DNA from: an uncultured Pelagibacteraceae bacterium
GTDB taxonomy: Bacteria; Pseudomonadota; Alphaproteobacteria; Pelagibacterales; Pelagibacteraceae
Length of the DNA: 64,000 bases
Direction of reading: 5' to 3'
NCBI GenBank assembly: GCA_902552755.1
Contig: CACDHV010000003.1
Location: 921 to 64,920 of the forward strand
The notes beneath the pieces were generated by a model. The model was not told the DNA's origin. It made no database searches and saw only the letters and a list, made by a program, of their open reading frames with translations. Below are positions 10,790 through 25,246 of this stretch, one piece after another. Each line of letters starts with the position of its first letter. Position 1 is the first letter of the stretch. Both the position numbers and the translations under genes were made by a program.

Positions 10790-11800
10790 ATGAATATAGC
10801 AATAGTAGGAGCGACAGGAAACGTAGGTCGAAAATTAATAGAAGTTTTGGAAAAAAAAAACTTTCCAATAACAGAGGCGTACTTAGTTGCGTCTCCAAAT
10901 AGTGAAGGAAAAAAAATTAATTTTTTAGGAAAAGAGCATACTGTTAGTAATTTAGAACAATTTGATTTCTCAAAAGTAAAAATTGCTTTTTTTGCAGCTG
11001 GTTCTTCAATTGCTGAAAAATGGGCACCGATCGCAGCAGAAAAAACAATTGTAATAGATAATTCAAAATTCTTTAGAAAAGATCCAGAAATTCCTTTAAT
11101 TGTTCCAGAGGTAAATTCCAAAGAATTACCTAAATTTAAAAATAAGAATATTATAGCAAATGCCAATTGTTCAGTAATACCAATAGTTGTAGCTCTCAAA
11201 CCATTACATGATTTGTATAATGTAAAAAGAATAGTTGCATCAACTTATCAATCTGTATCAGGAGCAGGCAAGGCAGGAATGGATGAACTTATATCCCAAA
11301 CTAAAGAAGTCTTGGAAAATAAAGATGTTGAGTCAAAAAATTTTACTAAGCAAATTGCTTTTAATGCTATACCACATATCGATAGTTTTCTTGAAAATGG
11401 AAGCACAAAAGAAGAACAAAAAAATCATGATGAGGTAAAAAAAATTTTAGATAGTAAAATTAATATAACATCTACTTGTGTAAGAATCCCTGTTCTTGTT
11501 TCTCACTCCATAAGTGTGAATGTTGAATTTAACAAAAAACATGACTTAGAAGAAATAAGAAATGTCTTATCATCATCACCAGGATGCAAGGTAGTTGATG
11601 AGCAAAAAGATGGAGGATACATTACGCCTGTTGAAGCTGAAGACAAATTTGAAACATTCATATCAAGAATTCGTGAGGACTCTTCTCAACCAAATTCAAT
11701 TAATTTGTGGGTTGTGTCTGATAACTTATTAAAAGGTGCTGCACTTAATGCAGTTGAAATTGCTGAGGCTTTAGTAGAAAAAGATTTTTATGGAAAATAA
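10790..11800 (+). CDS. asd: Aspartate-semialdehyde dehydrogenase
   Basis: VGATGNVG, NANCS, STYQSVSGAG, TCVRIPV, DNLLKGAALNAV. Confidence 0.97.
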   Translation: MNIAIVGATGNVGRKLIEVLEKKNFPITEAYLVASPNSEGKKINFLGKEHTVSNLEQFDFSKVKIAFFAAGSSIAEKWAPIAAEKTIVIDNSKFFRKDPEIPLIVPEVNSKELPKFKNKNIIANANCSVIPIVVALKPLHDLYNVKRIVASTYQSVSGAGKAGMDELISQTKEVLENKDVESKNFTKQIAFNAIPHIDSFLENGSTKEEQKNHDEVKKILDSKINITSTCVRIPVLVSHSISVNVEFNKKHDLEEIRNVLSSSPGCKVVDEQKDGGYITPVEAEDKFETFISRIREDSSQPNSINLWVVSDNLLKGAALNAVEIAEALVEKDFYGK

Positions 11801-12173
11801 AAATCCAATATCGCCACATATACAAATTTATAATTGGCACATTTCCTCACTGGTTTCAATTTCACACAGAATAACTGGTATAATAAACTTTTTCACTATA
11901 ACTTTAATAGGTATATGGATAGCCTCTTTATTATTGGGTGAACAGAGTTATCAGAATATTAATTTGTTCTTATCATCTTTTATAGGCAAATTTTTTTGTC
12001 TTGGAATTATTTGGTCTTTTTCATTTCAAATGCTTAGTGAAATAAGACATTTGTTTATGGATTTAGGTTATGGTTTTGAGCAAAAAACTACAAAAATAAC
12101 AGGATTAATTGTGCTAATCGGATCATTTCCACTTACTGTAATAATCTTTATTATTGGAAGAGTTTTAATTTAA
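11790..12173 (+). CDS. sdhC: Succinate dehydrogenase membrane anchor SdhC (heme-ligand His replaced by Gln)
   Basis: PISPHIQIY, SISHRITG, IRHLFMDLGYG; three hydrophobic helices. Confidence 0.95.
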   Translation: MENKNPISPHIQIYNWHISSLVSISHRITGIINFFTITLIGIWIASLLLGEQSYQNINLFLSSFIGKFFCLGIIWSFSFQMLSEIRHLFMDLGYGFEQKTTKITGLIVLIGSFPLTVIIFIIGRVLI

Positions 12174-12496
12174 TGGGATCAGTTACAAAAAAATGGTTAT
12201 TCTTAAAAGTAAGTTCAGCAATATTAGTGCCATTAATGCTATGGTTTGCGATTAATCTAGCTTCTATTTACGACAAAGGCTTTGAACAGGTATTACTGTT
12301 TGTGTCTTCTCAACCTTCAAAGTTTTTGTTAAGTCTTTTTTTGATTTTTGCATATTTTTTCTCTGCACTAAGTATTAGTGAGGTTTTTGAGGACTATATC
12401 GAAGATCAAAAAATCAAAAATGCCGCAAATAAATCTTTAAATATCTTTGCTATAGTATTTCCATTATTAATCATTATCTTAATATTTAGTTTATAG
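12173..12496 (+). CDS. sdhD: Succinate dehydrogenase membrane anchor SdhD (contains no histidine)
   Basis: Three hydrophobic helices, VFEDY motif, lies between sdhC and sdhA. Confidence 0.9.
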   Translation: MGSVTKKWLFLKVSSAILVPLMLWFAINLASIYDKGFEQVLLFVSSQPSKFLLSLFLIFAYFFSALSISEVFEDYIEDQKIKNAANKSLNIFAIVFPLLIIILIFSL

Positions 12497-12498
12497 TT

Positions 12499-14274
12499 AT
12501 GAGTGCATACAAAATTATTGATCATGAATATGATGTTGTTGTTCTAGGTGCAGGTGGTTCTGGGCTAAGAGCAGCTGTAGGATTAAGTGAAGCGGGATTA
12601 AAAACTGCATGTGTCTCTAAAGTGTTCCCAACCAGAAGCCACACCTCCGCAGCACAAGGTGGTATTTCAGCAGCACTTGGAAATATGGGTGAAGATGATT
12701 GGAGATGGCATATGTACGACACTGTTAAAGGTGCTGATTGGTTAGGAGACCAGGACTCTATAGAATATTTATGTAAGGAAGCGCCAGCTGCTGTTCTAGA
12801 ATTAGAAAAGTATGGAGTTCCATTTAGCAGAACAGATGATGGCAAAATTTATCAAAGACCTTTTGGTGGCATGACAAAAAACTATGGAAATGAGACTGTG
12901 CAAAGAACTTGTGCAGCAGCAGATAGAACTGGACATGCAATACTTCACACATTGTATGGACAAGCTTTAAAACATAATACCGAATTTTTTATAGAATACT
13001 TCGCACTAGATTTAATAATGAAAGATGGAGCATGCAAAGGTATAATTGCTTGGAACCTTAATGACGGAACAATTCACAGATTTAAGTCCCATACAACAAT
13101 TATAGCAACAGGTGGTTATGGAAAAGTGTATTACTCAGCTACTTCAGCTCATACGTGCACTGGAGATGGAAATGCTATGGCTTTAAGAGCTGGATTACCA
13201 TTACAAGATATGGAATTTGTACAATTTCATCCAACAGGTATTTATGGTCATGGAACATTAATTTCAGAGGGTGTAAGAGGAGAAGGTGGTTATCTAGTAA
13301 ATTCAAAAGGAGAAAGATTTATGGAGCGTTACGCTCCTAAAGCAAAAGATTTAGCATCTAGAGATGTTGTGAGTAGATCAATTGCAGTAGAAATTAACGA
13401 AGGCAGAGGTATAGGAAAAGAACAAGATCACGTTCATCTTCATATTGATCATTTGGACCCAAAAGTTATAGATGAGAGGCTTCCAGGAATATCAGAAGCA
13501 TCTAAATTATTTGCAAACGTTGATGTAACCAAGGAGCCTATACCAGTAGTACCCACAGTGCATTATAATATGGGTGGAATACCAACAAATTATAAAGCAG
13601 AGGTTCTTACATTAAATGGATCTGAAAAAACTGTACCCGGGTTAATGGCTATTGGCGAAGCAGCATGTGTTTCTGTTCACGGTGCAAATAGATTAGGTTC
13701 AAATTCATTAATAGATTTAGTAGTTTTTGGAAGAGCTGCAGCGAAAAGAGCAGCAGAGTTAGTAAAACCCGGAATGAAGCATGAAGAAATTGATAAAAAT
13801 GAAACGGATAGATGTATAGATAGATTTGATAAATTAAGAAACTCAGAAGGTTCAAATCCAACATCTGAACTAAGACTTTCAATGCAAAAAACGATGCAAT
13901 CAAAATGTGCTGTATTTAGAACTGAGAAAACATTAAAGGAGGGTGTTGATGAAATTAGAAAACCTTATGATGGAATGGACTCTCTTTCTGTAAAAGATAA
14001 GTCATTAATCTTTAATACTGATTTAGTTGAAACACTAGAATTTGACAACTTAATAAGACAAGCAATAACTACAATGGACTCTGCGTATCATAGAAAAGAA
14101 AGCAGAGGAGCTCATGCTAGAGAAGATTTTCCAAAAAGAGATGATGAGAATTATATGCAACACACTCTGTCTTGGTGTAATGGTTCAAAAACTAAAATTA
14201 ATTATAGACCTGTTCATAGATCAACACTTACAAATGATGTGCAATATTTTCCTCCACAGGAAAGAGTGTATTAA
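12499..14274 (+). CDS. sdhA: Succinate dehydrogenase flavoprotein
   Basis: [47 protein letters not shown]. Confidence 0.98.
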   Translation: MSAYKIIDHEYDVVVLGAGGSGLRAAVGLSEAGLKTACVSKVFPTRSHTSAAQGGISAALGNMGEDDWRWHMYDTVKGADWLGDQDSIEYLCKEAPAAVLELEKYGVPFSRTDDGKIYQRPFGGMTKNYGNETVQRTCAAADRTGHAILHTLYGQALKHNTEFFIEYFALDLIMKDGACKGIIAWNLNDGTIHRFKSHTTIIATGGYGKVYYSATSAHTCTGDGNAMALRAGLPLQDMEFVQFHPTGIYGHGTLISEGVRGEGGYLVNSKGERFMERYAPKAKDLASRDVVSRSIAVEINEGRGIGKEQDHVHLHIDHLDPKVIDERLPGISEASKLFANVDVTKEPIPVVPTVHYNMGGIPTNYKAEVLTLNGSEKTVPGLMAIGEAACVSVHGANRLGSNSLIDLVVFGRAAAKRAAELVKPGMKHEEIDKNETDRCIDRFDKLRNSEGSNPTSELRLSMQKTMQSKCAVFRTEKTLKEGVDEIRKPYDGMDSLSVKDKSLIFNTDLVETLEFDNLIRQAITTMDSAYHRKESRGAHAREDFPKRDDENYMQHTLSWCNGSKTKINYRPVHRSTLTNDVQYFPPQERVY

Positions 14275-15045
14275 TGGTTCAATTAAATTTACCTGCAAAC
14301 TCAAAGGTAGAAAAAGGTCAATATTATAAAGATAAAACAGGTTCAAAAAATATTAGAAAAATAAATATTTATAGATGGGATCCATCTAAAAATGAAAATC
14401 CAAGACTTGATACTTATGAAGTTGATATGGATAATTGTTCATCTAAAGTCCTTGATGTTTTAAACAAAATAAAAAATGAAATAGATCCTTCTATAGCTTA
14501 CAGAAGATCTTGTGCTCATGGAGTTTGTGGATCTTGTGCGATGAATATGAATGGAAAAAAATGGTTTAGCATGCACGAAGTCCCATTCTGAACTGGATGG
14601 AGATATTGATATTTATCCTTTACCACATCTAAAAGTCTTAAAAGATTTAATCGGTGATTTAAGCACATTATATAAACAATATGAGTCTGTTGAACCTTGG
14701 TTAAAAACCTCAAAAGTAAATGATAAAGAGAATATCCAATCTAAAGACGACAGAGCAAAATTAGATGGATTATATGAATGTATTATGTGTGCATGTTGTT
14801 CAACGTCTTGTCCAAGTTATTGGTGGAACGGTGAAAAATATTTAGGTCCTGCAGTTTTACTTCAAGCTTACAGATGGATAATTGATAGTAGAGACGAGGA
14901 CAGAAAAGAAAGACTAAAAAAGGTTGCTGACGAACTTAAGCTTTATAGATGTCATACTATCTTGAATTGCACAAATGCTTGTCCCAAGGGCTTAAATCCT
15001 GCAAAAGCTATTGCAGAGATAAAGAAAATGCTTGCAACAGCTTAA
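14274..15045 (+). CDS. sdhB: Succinate dehydrogenase iron-sulfur subunit; split by an extra A in the A7 run at 14555-14561
   Basis: [10 protein letters not shown] then NGKNGLAC after removing one A; [17 protein letters not shown]; [17 protein letters not shown]. Confidence 0.95.
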
Positions 15046-15069
15046 TTACTTAATTAAATAATTTCAATC

Positions 15070-17530
<2,461 letters not shown>

Positions 17531-18691
17531 ATGAATATCCACGAGCACCAGGCAAAAGAAATACTTAAAAAGTATGGCGCGGTTGTACCCGAAGGCGTTT
17601 ATGCTTTTAATGTAAATGAATTAATTGAAAAAGTAAAAAATCTCAAAGCCGATAAGTATGTATTAAAAGCTCAAATTCATGCAGGAGGTAGAGGAAAGGC
17701 TGGAGGAGTTAAAATTGTTGATAATATTGCTCTTTTGGAAGAGGAAGCGAAAAAATTGTTTGGTAAAACATTAGTTACTCATCAAACTGGACCCTCAGGA
17801 AGAGAAGTGAAAAGATTGTATGTTGAAAATGCATCAGAAATAGAAAAAGAATTCTATCTGTCTTGTCTTGTTGACAGGGCATCTGCGAAAATTGCATTTA
17901 TTTCCAGTGATCAGGGCGGAATGAATATTGAGGAAGTTGCTGTAAAATCACCAGAGAAAATAATCACTACTAAAGTAGATTTTAATGAAAGTATTTCAGA
18001 GGAAGACTGTAACAAAATTATTAAAATTTTTGATTTAGACAAAGATGCAAGTAAACAAGCAATCAATTTAATAAAATCAATTTACAAAATGTTCATTGAT
18101 ACAGATGCAAATTTAGTAGAGATAAATCCTCTCATTTTAACCAAAAAAAACAAAATTGTATGTTTGGATGCAAAGATGACTTTTGACGAAAATGCATTAT
18201 TTAAACATCCAGAAATTCAAAAACTTAGAGACTTAAATGAAGAAGAAGAAACTGAAATTGAAGCAAGCAAATATGATCTTGCATACATTAAATTGGATGG
18301 AAATATAGGATGTATGGTAAACGGTGCTGGATTAGCAATGGCTACTATGGATATTATTAAATTATATGGAGAAGAGCCTGCAAATTTTTTAGATGTAGGT
18401 GGTGGTGCTTCTAAAGAAAAAGTTTCAGCAGCATTTAAAATTATCTTATCTGACAAAAATGTAAAAGGAATACTAATAAATATTTTTGGAGGAATAATGA
18501 GATGTGACGTACTCGCACAAGGTGTTGTAGATGCAGCAAAAGAAATTAAAATTAAAGTTCCTTTAGTAGTGAGACTAGCAGGTACAAATTTCAAAGAGGG
18601 AAAAGAAATTTTAGATAATTCAGGATTAGAGATTATTTCTGCAAATGATTTATCCGATGCAGCAAAAAAAATTGTTGAGGCAATTAAATAA
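17531..18691 (+). CDS. sucC: Succinyl-CoA synthetase beta subunit
   Basis: [45 protein letters not shown]. Confidence 0.98.
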   Translation: MNIHEHQAKEILKKYGAVVPEGVYAFNVNELIEKVKNLKADKYVLKAQIHAGGRGKAGGVKIVDNIALLEEEAKKLFGKTLVTHQTGPSGREVKRLYVENASEIEKEFYLSCLVDRASAKIAFISSDQGGMNIEEVAVKSPEKIITTKVDFNESISEEDCNKIIKIFDLDKDASKQAINLIKSIYKMFIDTDANLVEINPLILTKKNKIVCLDAKMTFDENALFKHPEIQKLRDLNEEEETEIEASKYDLAYIKLDGNIGCMVNGAGLAMATMDIIKLYGEEPANFLDVGGGASKEKVSAAFKIILSDKNVKGILINIFGGIMRCDVLAQGVVDAAKEIKIKVPLVVRLAGTNFKEGKEILDNSGLEIISANDLSDAAKKIVEAIK

Positions 18692-19566
18692 TGTCAGTTT
18701 TAATTAACAAGGATACAAAAGTAATTTGTCAAGGTTTCACTGGAGCTCATGGAACTTTTCATTCTGAACAATCTATTAAGTATGGAACTAACTTGGTTGG
18801 TGGAGTTACTCCTAAAAAAGGAGGTCAAATTCATTTGGAAAGACCAGTATTTAATACTGTTAAAGAAGCTAAAGATCAGACAGGTGCAAATGCAACAATG
18901 ATTTATGTTCCTGCAAAGTTTGCAGCTTCAGCAATCATAGAGGCAATTGATTCATCTATAGAATTGATTGTATGTATAAGTGAGGGAATTCCAGTTTTAG
19001 ACATGCTTAAAGTAAAAAGAAGACTTTTTAACTCTAAATCGAGACTTATTGGTCCCAACTGTCCAGGTATAATAACTCCTGATGAATGTAAAATTGGAAT
19101 AATGCCTGGAAATATTCATAAAAAAGGAACAGTAGGAATTGTTTCTAGGTCAGGAACATTAACTTACGAGGCTGTAGCCCAAACCTCAGAAAATGGCCTT
19201 GGTCAATCTACATGTATAGGAATAGGTGGAGATCCAATAAATGGTACAAATTTTATTGATTGCCTAGATCTGTTTTTAAATGATGAAAAAACTGAGTCTA
19301 TAGTCATGATTGGTGAGATCGGAGGTACTGCTGAGGAAGAAGCTGCTGAATTTATAAAAAATCATAAGATAAAAAAACCAATGGTTGGATTTGTAGCTGG
19401 AATTACAGCACCACCTGGTAGACGAATGGGTCATGCTGGTGCAATAATATCAGGGGGAAAAGGTAACGCTGATGAAAAAATTAAAATTATGGAAAAATCT
19501 GGTATTACAATGGCAAAATCACCATCTGAAATTGGAATAACTCTATTGAATAAATTGTCTAATTGA
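18691..19566 (+). CDS. sucD: Succinyl-CoA synthetase alpha subunit
   Basis: [27 protein letters not shown]. Confidence 0.98.
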   Translation: MSVLINKDTKVICQGFTGAHGTFHSEQSIKYGTNLVGGVTPKKGGQIHLERPVFNTVKEAKDQTGANATMIYVPAKFAASAIIEAIDSSIELIVCISEGIPVLDMLKVKRRLFNSKSRLIGPNCPGIITPDECKIGIMPGNIHKKGTVGIVSRSGTLTYEAVAQTSENGLGQSTCIGIGGDPINGTNFIDCLDLFLNDEKTESIVMIGEIGGTAEEEAAEFIKNHKIKKPMVGFVAGITAPPGRRMGHAGAIISGGKGNADEKIKIMEKSGITMAKSPSEIGITLLNKLSN

Positions 19567-19598
19567 TAACACCTTATTCGTGTATAATTATATCTAAA

Positions 19599-22500
19599 AT
19601 GTCATCATCTAAAAAATTTAGAATACAAAAAAACTTCATTTCTTAATAAATCTAATAGTGCATTTATAGAACAAATGTATGTGAAGTATGTAAATAATGA
19701 TCCAAATTTACCTGAGAGTTGGAAAAAATATTTTATTGATATTGGTGATGATATTAATTCAATTGTTAAAGAGGTTAATGGACCATCTTGGAGTCCAAGA
19801 AAAAATAAAATTGATGAGAGTAAAATACTTGAAAATGAAATTGAGATTCTAGAAAATCAAAATAAAGAAATAGATCAAAACGATGAAGTTGCAAGTAACA
19901 GTAATTCTATTAAAGCAGTCTCTTTGATTAGAGCTTATAGACAGCGTGGTCATTTATTATCAAAAGTTGATCCATTAGAAATGAGAGAAAGTGATTATCT
20001 TGACGAACTACATCCTGAAAATTATGGATTTAAAAAAGATGATTATAGTAAAAAAATTTACTTAGATGGTGTCTTAAATAAAGAATATTCTAACATAAAA
20101 GAAATTCTCTATGTATTAAGAAAAATTTATTGTGGAAATATTGGTTATGAATATATGCATATTTCAAATCCAACAGAGAGAAAATGGTTTCGTGATAGAG
20201 TTGAAAAAGATGAAAATGCATTGAAATTTACAGTAAATGGAAAAAATGCAATCTTAAACAAATTAATACAAGCTGAGTGTTTTGAAAAATTTTTACACAC
20301 AAAATATGTGGGATCAAAAAGATTTGGTCTTGATGGTGGTGAAAGCTTGATACCTGCATTAGAGCAAATAATTAAAATTGGTGGTCAGTCAAACATAAAA
20401 GAAGTTAAAATTGGGATGTCTCACAGAGGAAGACTAAATGTTTTAGCTAACGTTTTACAAAAATCATACAAAAGAATATTTAACGAGTTTGCTGGTGAAA
20501 TTAATAATACAGATGAAGATAGTGCTGGCGATGTAAAATATCATTTGGGAGCATCCTCTGATAGAGAATTTGATGGGAATGTTGTTCATGTAAGTCTAAC
20601 TGATAATCCTTCACATTTAGAAGCAGTCAATCCAGTAGTCTTAGGTCAAACTAGAGCAAAGCAATTTTTTCACAAAGATGCAAAAAGAAATAAGGTTATT
20701 CCAATTTTAATTCATGGAGATGCTGCTTTTGCTGGACAAGGTGTAGTAGCTGAATGTTTTGCAATGTCTGGTCTGCCAGGTCATAATACAGGTGGAACTA
20801 TTCACATAATTGTAAATAATCAAATTGGGTTTACAACTAGCCCAAGATTTGCAAGATCCTCTCCTCACCCTTCAGATATTGCCAAAATGGTTGAGGCTCC
20901 AATAATACACGTTAATGGAGATGATCCAGAGGCTGTAGTTTATGGATCAAGAATTGCAACAGAGTTCAGGCTTAAATTCAATCGAGATGTGGTCTTAGAT
21001 TTAGTTTGTTATAGAAGATTTGGACATAATGAGGGAGATGAGCCCTCTTTCACCCAACCTCTTATGTACAAAAAAATAAGATCACATCCCTCTGCTGCAA
21101 AAATTTATGGATCAAAACTTGTAGATGAGGATTTACTTTCAGAAAATGATTTAAATAATCAAATTAAAAAATTTAAAACTTTATTAGATGATCAATTTAA
21201 AACTGCAAAAGATTACAAACCAAAAATAGAATGGTTTGAAGGGGCTTGGTCGAGTTACAAGCCTAAAAAAGGAAAAGATAAAAAGGGGATCACAGGTGCA
21301 GATCCTGACTTCTTGAGAAATATATCAGATAAAATAAATATAATTCCTAATGAGATTAATGTTCATAAGACAATTAATAAAATATTTCAAAACAGGAAAA
21401 AAACAATTGATCAAGGTTCTAATATTGATTGGTCATCAGCAGAAGCACTTGCTTTCGGATCATTGTTAGATGAAGGTTTTCCAGTAAGATTTGTAGGTCA
21501 AGACTCTGGAAGAGGAACTTTTAGCCAAAGGCACTCAGTTTTACGAAATCAAGAAGATAATTCTAGATATATACCATTGAATAGTATCTCAAAAACACAA
21601 AAAAAATTTGAGATTGTTGATAGTTTTCTTTCAGAGTTAGCAGTTCTTGGTTTTGAATATGGATACAGTTTAGTTGAGCCAAATACATTAACAATTTGGG
21701 AAGCACAATTTGGTGATTTTGCGAATGGAGCACAAGTCATAATCGATCAATTTATATCTTCGGGTGAAAGAAAATGGCAAAGAGCTTCTGGATTAGTAAT
21801 GTTATTGCCTCACGGATATGAAGGCCAAGGACCTGAGCATTCATCTGCAAGATTAGAGAGATTTTTGCAGTTGTGTGCTAATGATAATCTTCAAGTGATG
21901 AACTGTACTACGCCAGCAAATTATTTTCATGCACTTAGAAGGCAAATTCATCGCGACTTCAGAAAACCTTTAGTTTTAATGACACCAAAGTCACTTTTAA
22001 GAAATAAATATTGTGTTTCAGATATAAAGGATTTTAATAAGCAAACATCATTTCATCGTATTTTATGGGATCACGCATTAAATAATGATAACGAAAATTT
22101 TATAAAATTAAAAAATCCTGACGAAATTGAAAAAGTTATTCTTTGTTCTGGAAAAGTTTATTTTGACTTATTGGTTGCTAGAGAAAAAATTAAAAGAGAC
22201 GATGTGATCTTGTTTAGAATAGAACAATTATATCCTTTTCCTGTAAAAAGCTTAGTCAAGGAACTTAAGCCTTATGCAAACAATGCTAAATTTTATTGGT
22301 GTCAAGAAGAACCAAAAAATATGGGAGCATGGTTTTCAGTGAGAGATTATATTCAATGGACATTAGAAACTATTAAAGCTAAAAATAATAATATTTCTTA
22401 TATTGGAAGAAATCCTGATGCATCTCCTGCAACTGGCTATGCAAAAAGGCATATGGTAGAACAAGAAGAGATTATAAAAAAAGTTTTTGATAATGAGTGA
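19599..22500 (+). CDS. sucA: 2-oxoglutarate dehydrogenase E1; true start probably 19599, with an extra A in the A6 run at 19611-19616
   Basis: Removing one A joins [25 protein letters not shown] to the 19675 [51 protein letters not shown]. Confidence 0.95.
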
Positions 22501-23833
22501 AAAAATATTGGTTCCCACATTAGGTGAAAGCATTACAGAAGCAACTGTTTCAAAATGGCTAAAAAAAGTTGGAGATCCAGTTGAAATAGATGAAGCTATT
22601 GTTGAACTTGAGACTGATAAAGTAAATTTAGAAGTTCCTTCACCAATAAGTGGGGTTTTATCAGAAATGAATTCAAAAGATGGAGATACTGTTGAAGTTG
22701 GTGCAGTGCTAGGTTCTATTTCTGAAGGAAAATCAAATGTAGAAAAAAAAACACCCTTAAAGCAAGAAAAAGAAGTTGAAACTGTTGATGATGATAAAAT
22801 AAAAGAGAAAAATACTAACGTCATAAATTTAGATATAGAAAAAAAACTTACTCCAAAATTTGATAAAATTTCTGCAACTAGTAAAGATGAACCAATGGAA
22901 CTTTTAGATGAGGTAAATGAAGAACCTCTACTATTAACTGACGAAGTTCAAATAACTCAGACTACAAAAGTTAATCCTATTATTCTTTCACCAGCGGTGA
23001 GAAAAATTGCAGCTGAAAATAATATTGATGTTGAAAACGTTAAAGGTACAGGAAGAGATGGTAGAGTATTAAAAGGTGACCTTTTAAGCTTGATGGGTAC
23101 AAATCCACAACCTAATCAAAGAAGAATTCAATATGGTGAGGAAGAGAGAATTAAAATGACAAGGTTAAGACAGACTATAGCAAAAAGACTCAAACAAGCA
23201 CAAGAAAATGCAGCAATGTTAACAACTTTTAATGAAGTTGATATGTCTGGAATAATGTCGATGAGAAAGGACAATCAAGAGGATTTCAAAAATAGATATG
23301 GCATAAAGTTGGGACTGATGTCTTTCTTTGTAAAAGCGTGTGTTGTTGGGCTAAAATTATTTCCAGCAATAAATGCTGAAATTGAAGGTAATGATATTAT
23401 TTATAAGAATTATTATAACATAAGTTTTGCAGTCGGTACCGATAAAGGTCTGGTTGTGCCAGTTTTGAGAAATGCAGATGAAATGTCATTTGCTGATATA
23501 GAAAAAGAAATTAAAAGACTATCTGAAAAAGCTAACAGTGGAAATTTATCAATTGATGATCTTCAGGGAGGAACATTTACAATTAGTAATGGAGGAGTTT
23601 ACGGCTCTATGTTATCAACTCCTATTTTGAACCCTCCTCAATCCGGAGTATTAGGAATGCACAACATTGTAGAAAGACCAGTTAATGTTGATGGTGAAAT
23701 AAAAATTAAACCTATAATGTATTTAGCATTATCCTATGATCACAGAATAATAGATGGAAAAGAATCTGTCACTTTTTTAAAAACTGTTAAGGAGAATCTT
23801 GAAGATCCAAGGAGATTATTTTTAAATATATAA
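22493..23833 (+). CDS. sucB: Dihydrolipoamide succinyltransferase E2
   Basis: ETDKV lipoyl motif, [14 protein letters not shown] binding domain, SYDHRIIDG catalytic motif; ATG at 22493. Confidence 0.97.
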   Translation: MSEKILVPTLGESITEATVSKWLKKVGDPVEIDEAIVELETDKVNLEVPSPISGVLSEMNSKDGDTVEVGAVLGSISEGKSNVEKKTPLKQEKEVETVDDDKIKEKNTNVINLDIEKKLTPKFDKISATSKDEPMELLDEVNEEPLLLTDEVQITQTTKVNPIILSPAVRKIAAENNIDVENVKGTGRDGRVLKGDLLSLMGTNPQPNQRRIQYGEEERIKMTRLRQTIAKRLKQAQENAAMLTTFNEVDMSGIMSMRKDNQEDFKNRYGIKLGLMSFFVKACVVGLKLFPAINAEIEGNDIIYKNYYNISFAVGTDKGLVVPVLRNADEMSFADIEKEIKRLSEKANSGNLSIDDLQGGTFTISNGGVYGSMLSTPILNPPQSGVLGMHNIVERPVNVDGEIKIKPIMYLALSYDHRIIDGKESVTFLKTVKENLEDPRRLFLNI

Positions 23834-25227
23834 TGACTGATAAATTTGATGTTACGGTAATTGGTGGAGGTCCTGCAGGATATGTTTGTGCTATAAGATT
23901 GGCGCAATTAGGATTAAATACTGCATGTATTGAATCAAGAGGTTCCCTAGGGGGAACTTGCTTAAATATTGGATGTATACCATCAAAAAGTTTATTAAAT
24001 CTGTCTGAGAATTTTCACAAAGCTAAAAACTTTGCAGACATTGGTATTGAGACAGGCGAGGTAAAACTTAATTTAAAAAAAATGATGGAAAATAAAGAAA
24101 AATCAGTATCCACCTTGACAAAAGGTGTGGAATTTTTGTTTAAAAAAAATAAGGTCACATACATTAAGGGGATTGGAACATTAAAAACAAAAGATGAAAT
24201 ATTAGTAAAAAATAATAATCAAGAGACAAAAATAAAATCGAATAAAATAATCATTAGTACTGGCTCTGCACCTCTGCCTCTGCCTGGAGTAGAGTTCGAT
24301 GAAAAGCAAATACTATCCTCAACGGGGGCATTATCTATCTCTAAACTCCCAAAAAAAATGATTGTTGTAGGTGGTGGATATATTGGTTTAGAAATGGGAT
24401 CTGTTTGGTCACGATTGGGAACCGAAGTACAAGTTGTAGAATATCTAGATCATATTACCCCTGGTTTGGATAAAGAAATTTCGAGTGAATTTATGAAAAT
24501 TTTAAAAAAACAAAATATTAAATTTGATTTAAATACTAAGGTCGAAAAAATTTCTAAAAGTGGTGAAGGAGTTATAGTTGAAATTTCTAATAATGGAAAA
24601 AAAAGCAAACTAGAAGCTGATGTAGTTCTTATTTCAGTAGGTCGAAAACCTTATACTGATAATTTAAATTTAGATAATATTGGTATTAATCTTGACAAAA
24701 AAGGAAGAATTAAAGTTGATAAAAATTTTGAGACAAATATAAAAAATATTTATGCAATAGGCGATGTAATAGATGGTCCTATGCTTGCTCACAAGGCAGA
24801 GGAAGAGGGTATTGCAGTTGCAGAACTCATTGCAGGTCAATCTGGACATGTAAATTATAACTTGATACCAGGAGTAATATATACATCCCCAGAAGTTGCT
24901 TATGTAGGTGAAAATGAAGAACAGCTTAAAGAAAAAAACATCAGTTTTAAAATTGGAAAATTTCCTTTTATGGCTAATTCAAGAGCTAAAGCAATAAATG
25001 AACCAGAGGGATTCGTAAAAATATTAGCTGAAAGTACAACAGATAGAGTATTGGGTGTACATATAATCGGACCTCATGCTGGAGAAATGATTGCAGAAAT
25101 GTCTGTTGCAATGGAATTTGGCGCTAGTTCTGAAGATATTGCAAGAACATGTCATGCCCATCCTACTTTTTCAGAAGCGATAAAAGAAGCTGCTTTATCT
25201 GTAGATAAAAGACAAATTCACTCTTAG
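23833..25227 (+). CDS. lpdA: Dihydrolipoamide dehydrogenase
   Basis: GGGPAGY, GGTCLNIGCIPSK, HAHPTFSE. Confidence 0.97.
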   Translation: MTDKFDVTVIGGGPAGYVCAIRLAQLGLNTACIESRGSLGGTCLNIGCIPSKSLLNLSENFHKAKNFADIGIETGEVKLNLKKMMENKEKSVSTLTKGVEFLFKKNKVTYIKGIGTLKTKDEILVKNNNQETKIKSNKIIISTGSAPLPLPGVEFDEKQILSSTGALSISKLPKKMIVVGGGYIGLEMGSVWSRLGTEVQVVEYLDHITPGLDKEISSEFMKILKKQNIKFDLNTKVEKISKSGEGVIVEISNNGKKSKLEADVVLISVGRKPYTDNLNLDNIGINLDKKGRIKVDKNFETNIKNIYAIGDVIDGPMLAHKAEEEGIAVAELIAGQSGHVNYNLIPGVIYTSPEVAYVGENEEQLKEKNISFKIGKFPFMANSRAKAINEPEGFVKILAESTTDRVLGVHIIGPHAGEMIAEMSVAMEFGASSEDIARTCHAHPTFSEAIKEAALSVDKRQIHS

Positions 25228-25246
25228 TATATTTCATAATTTATTT

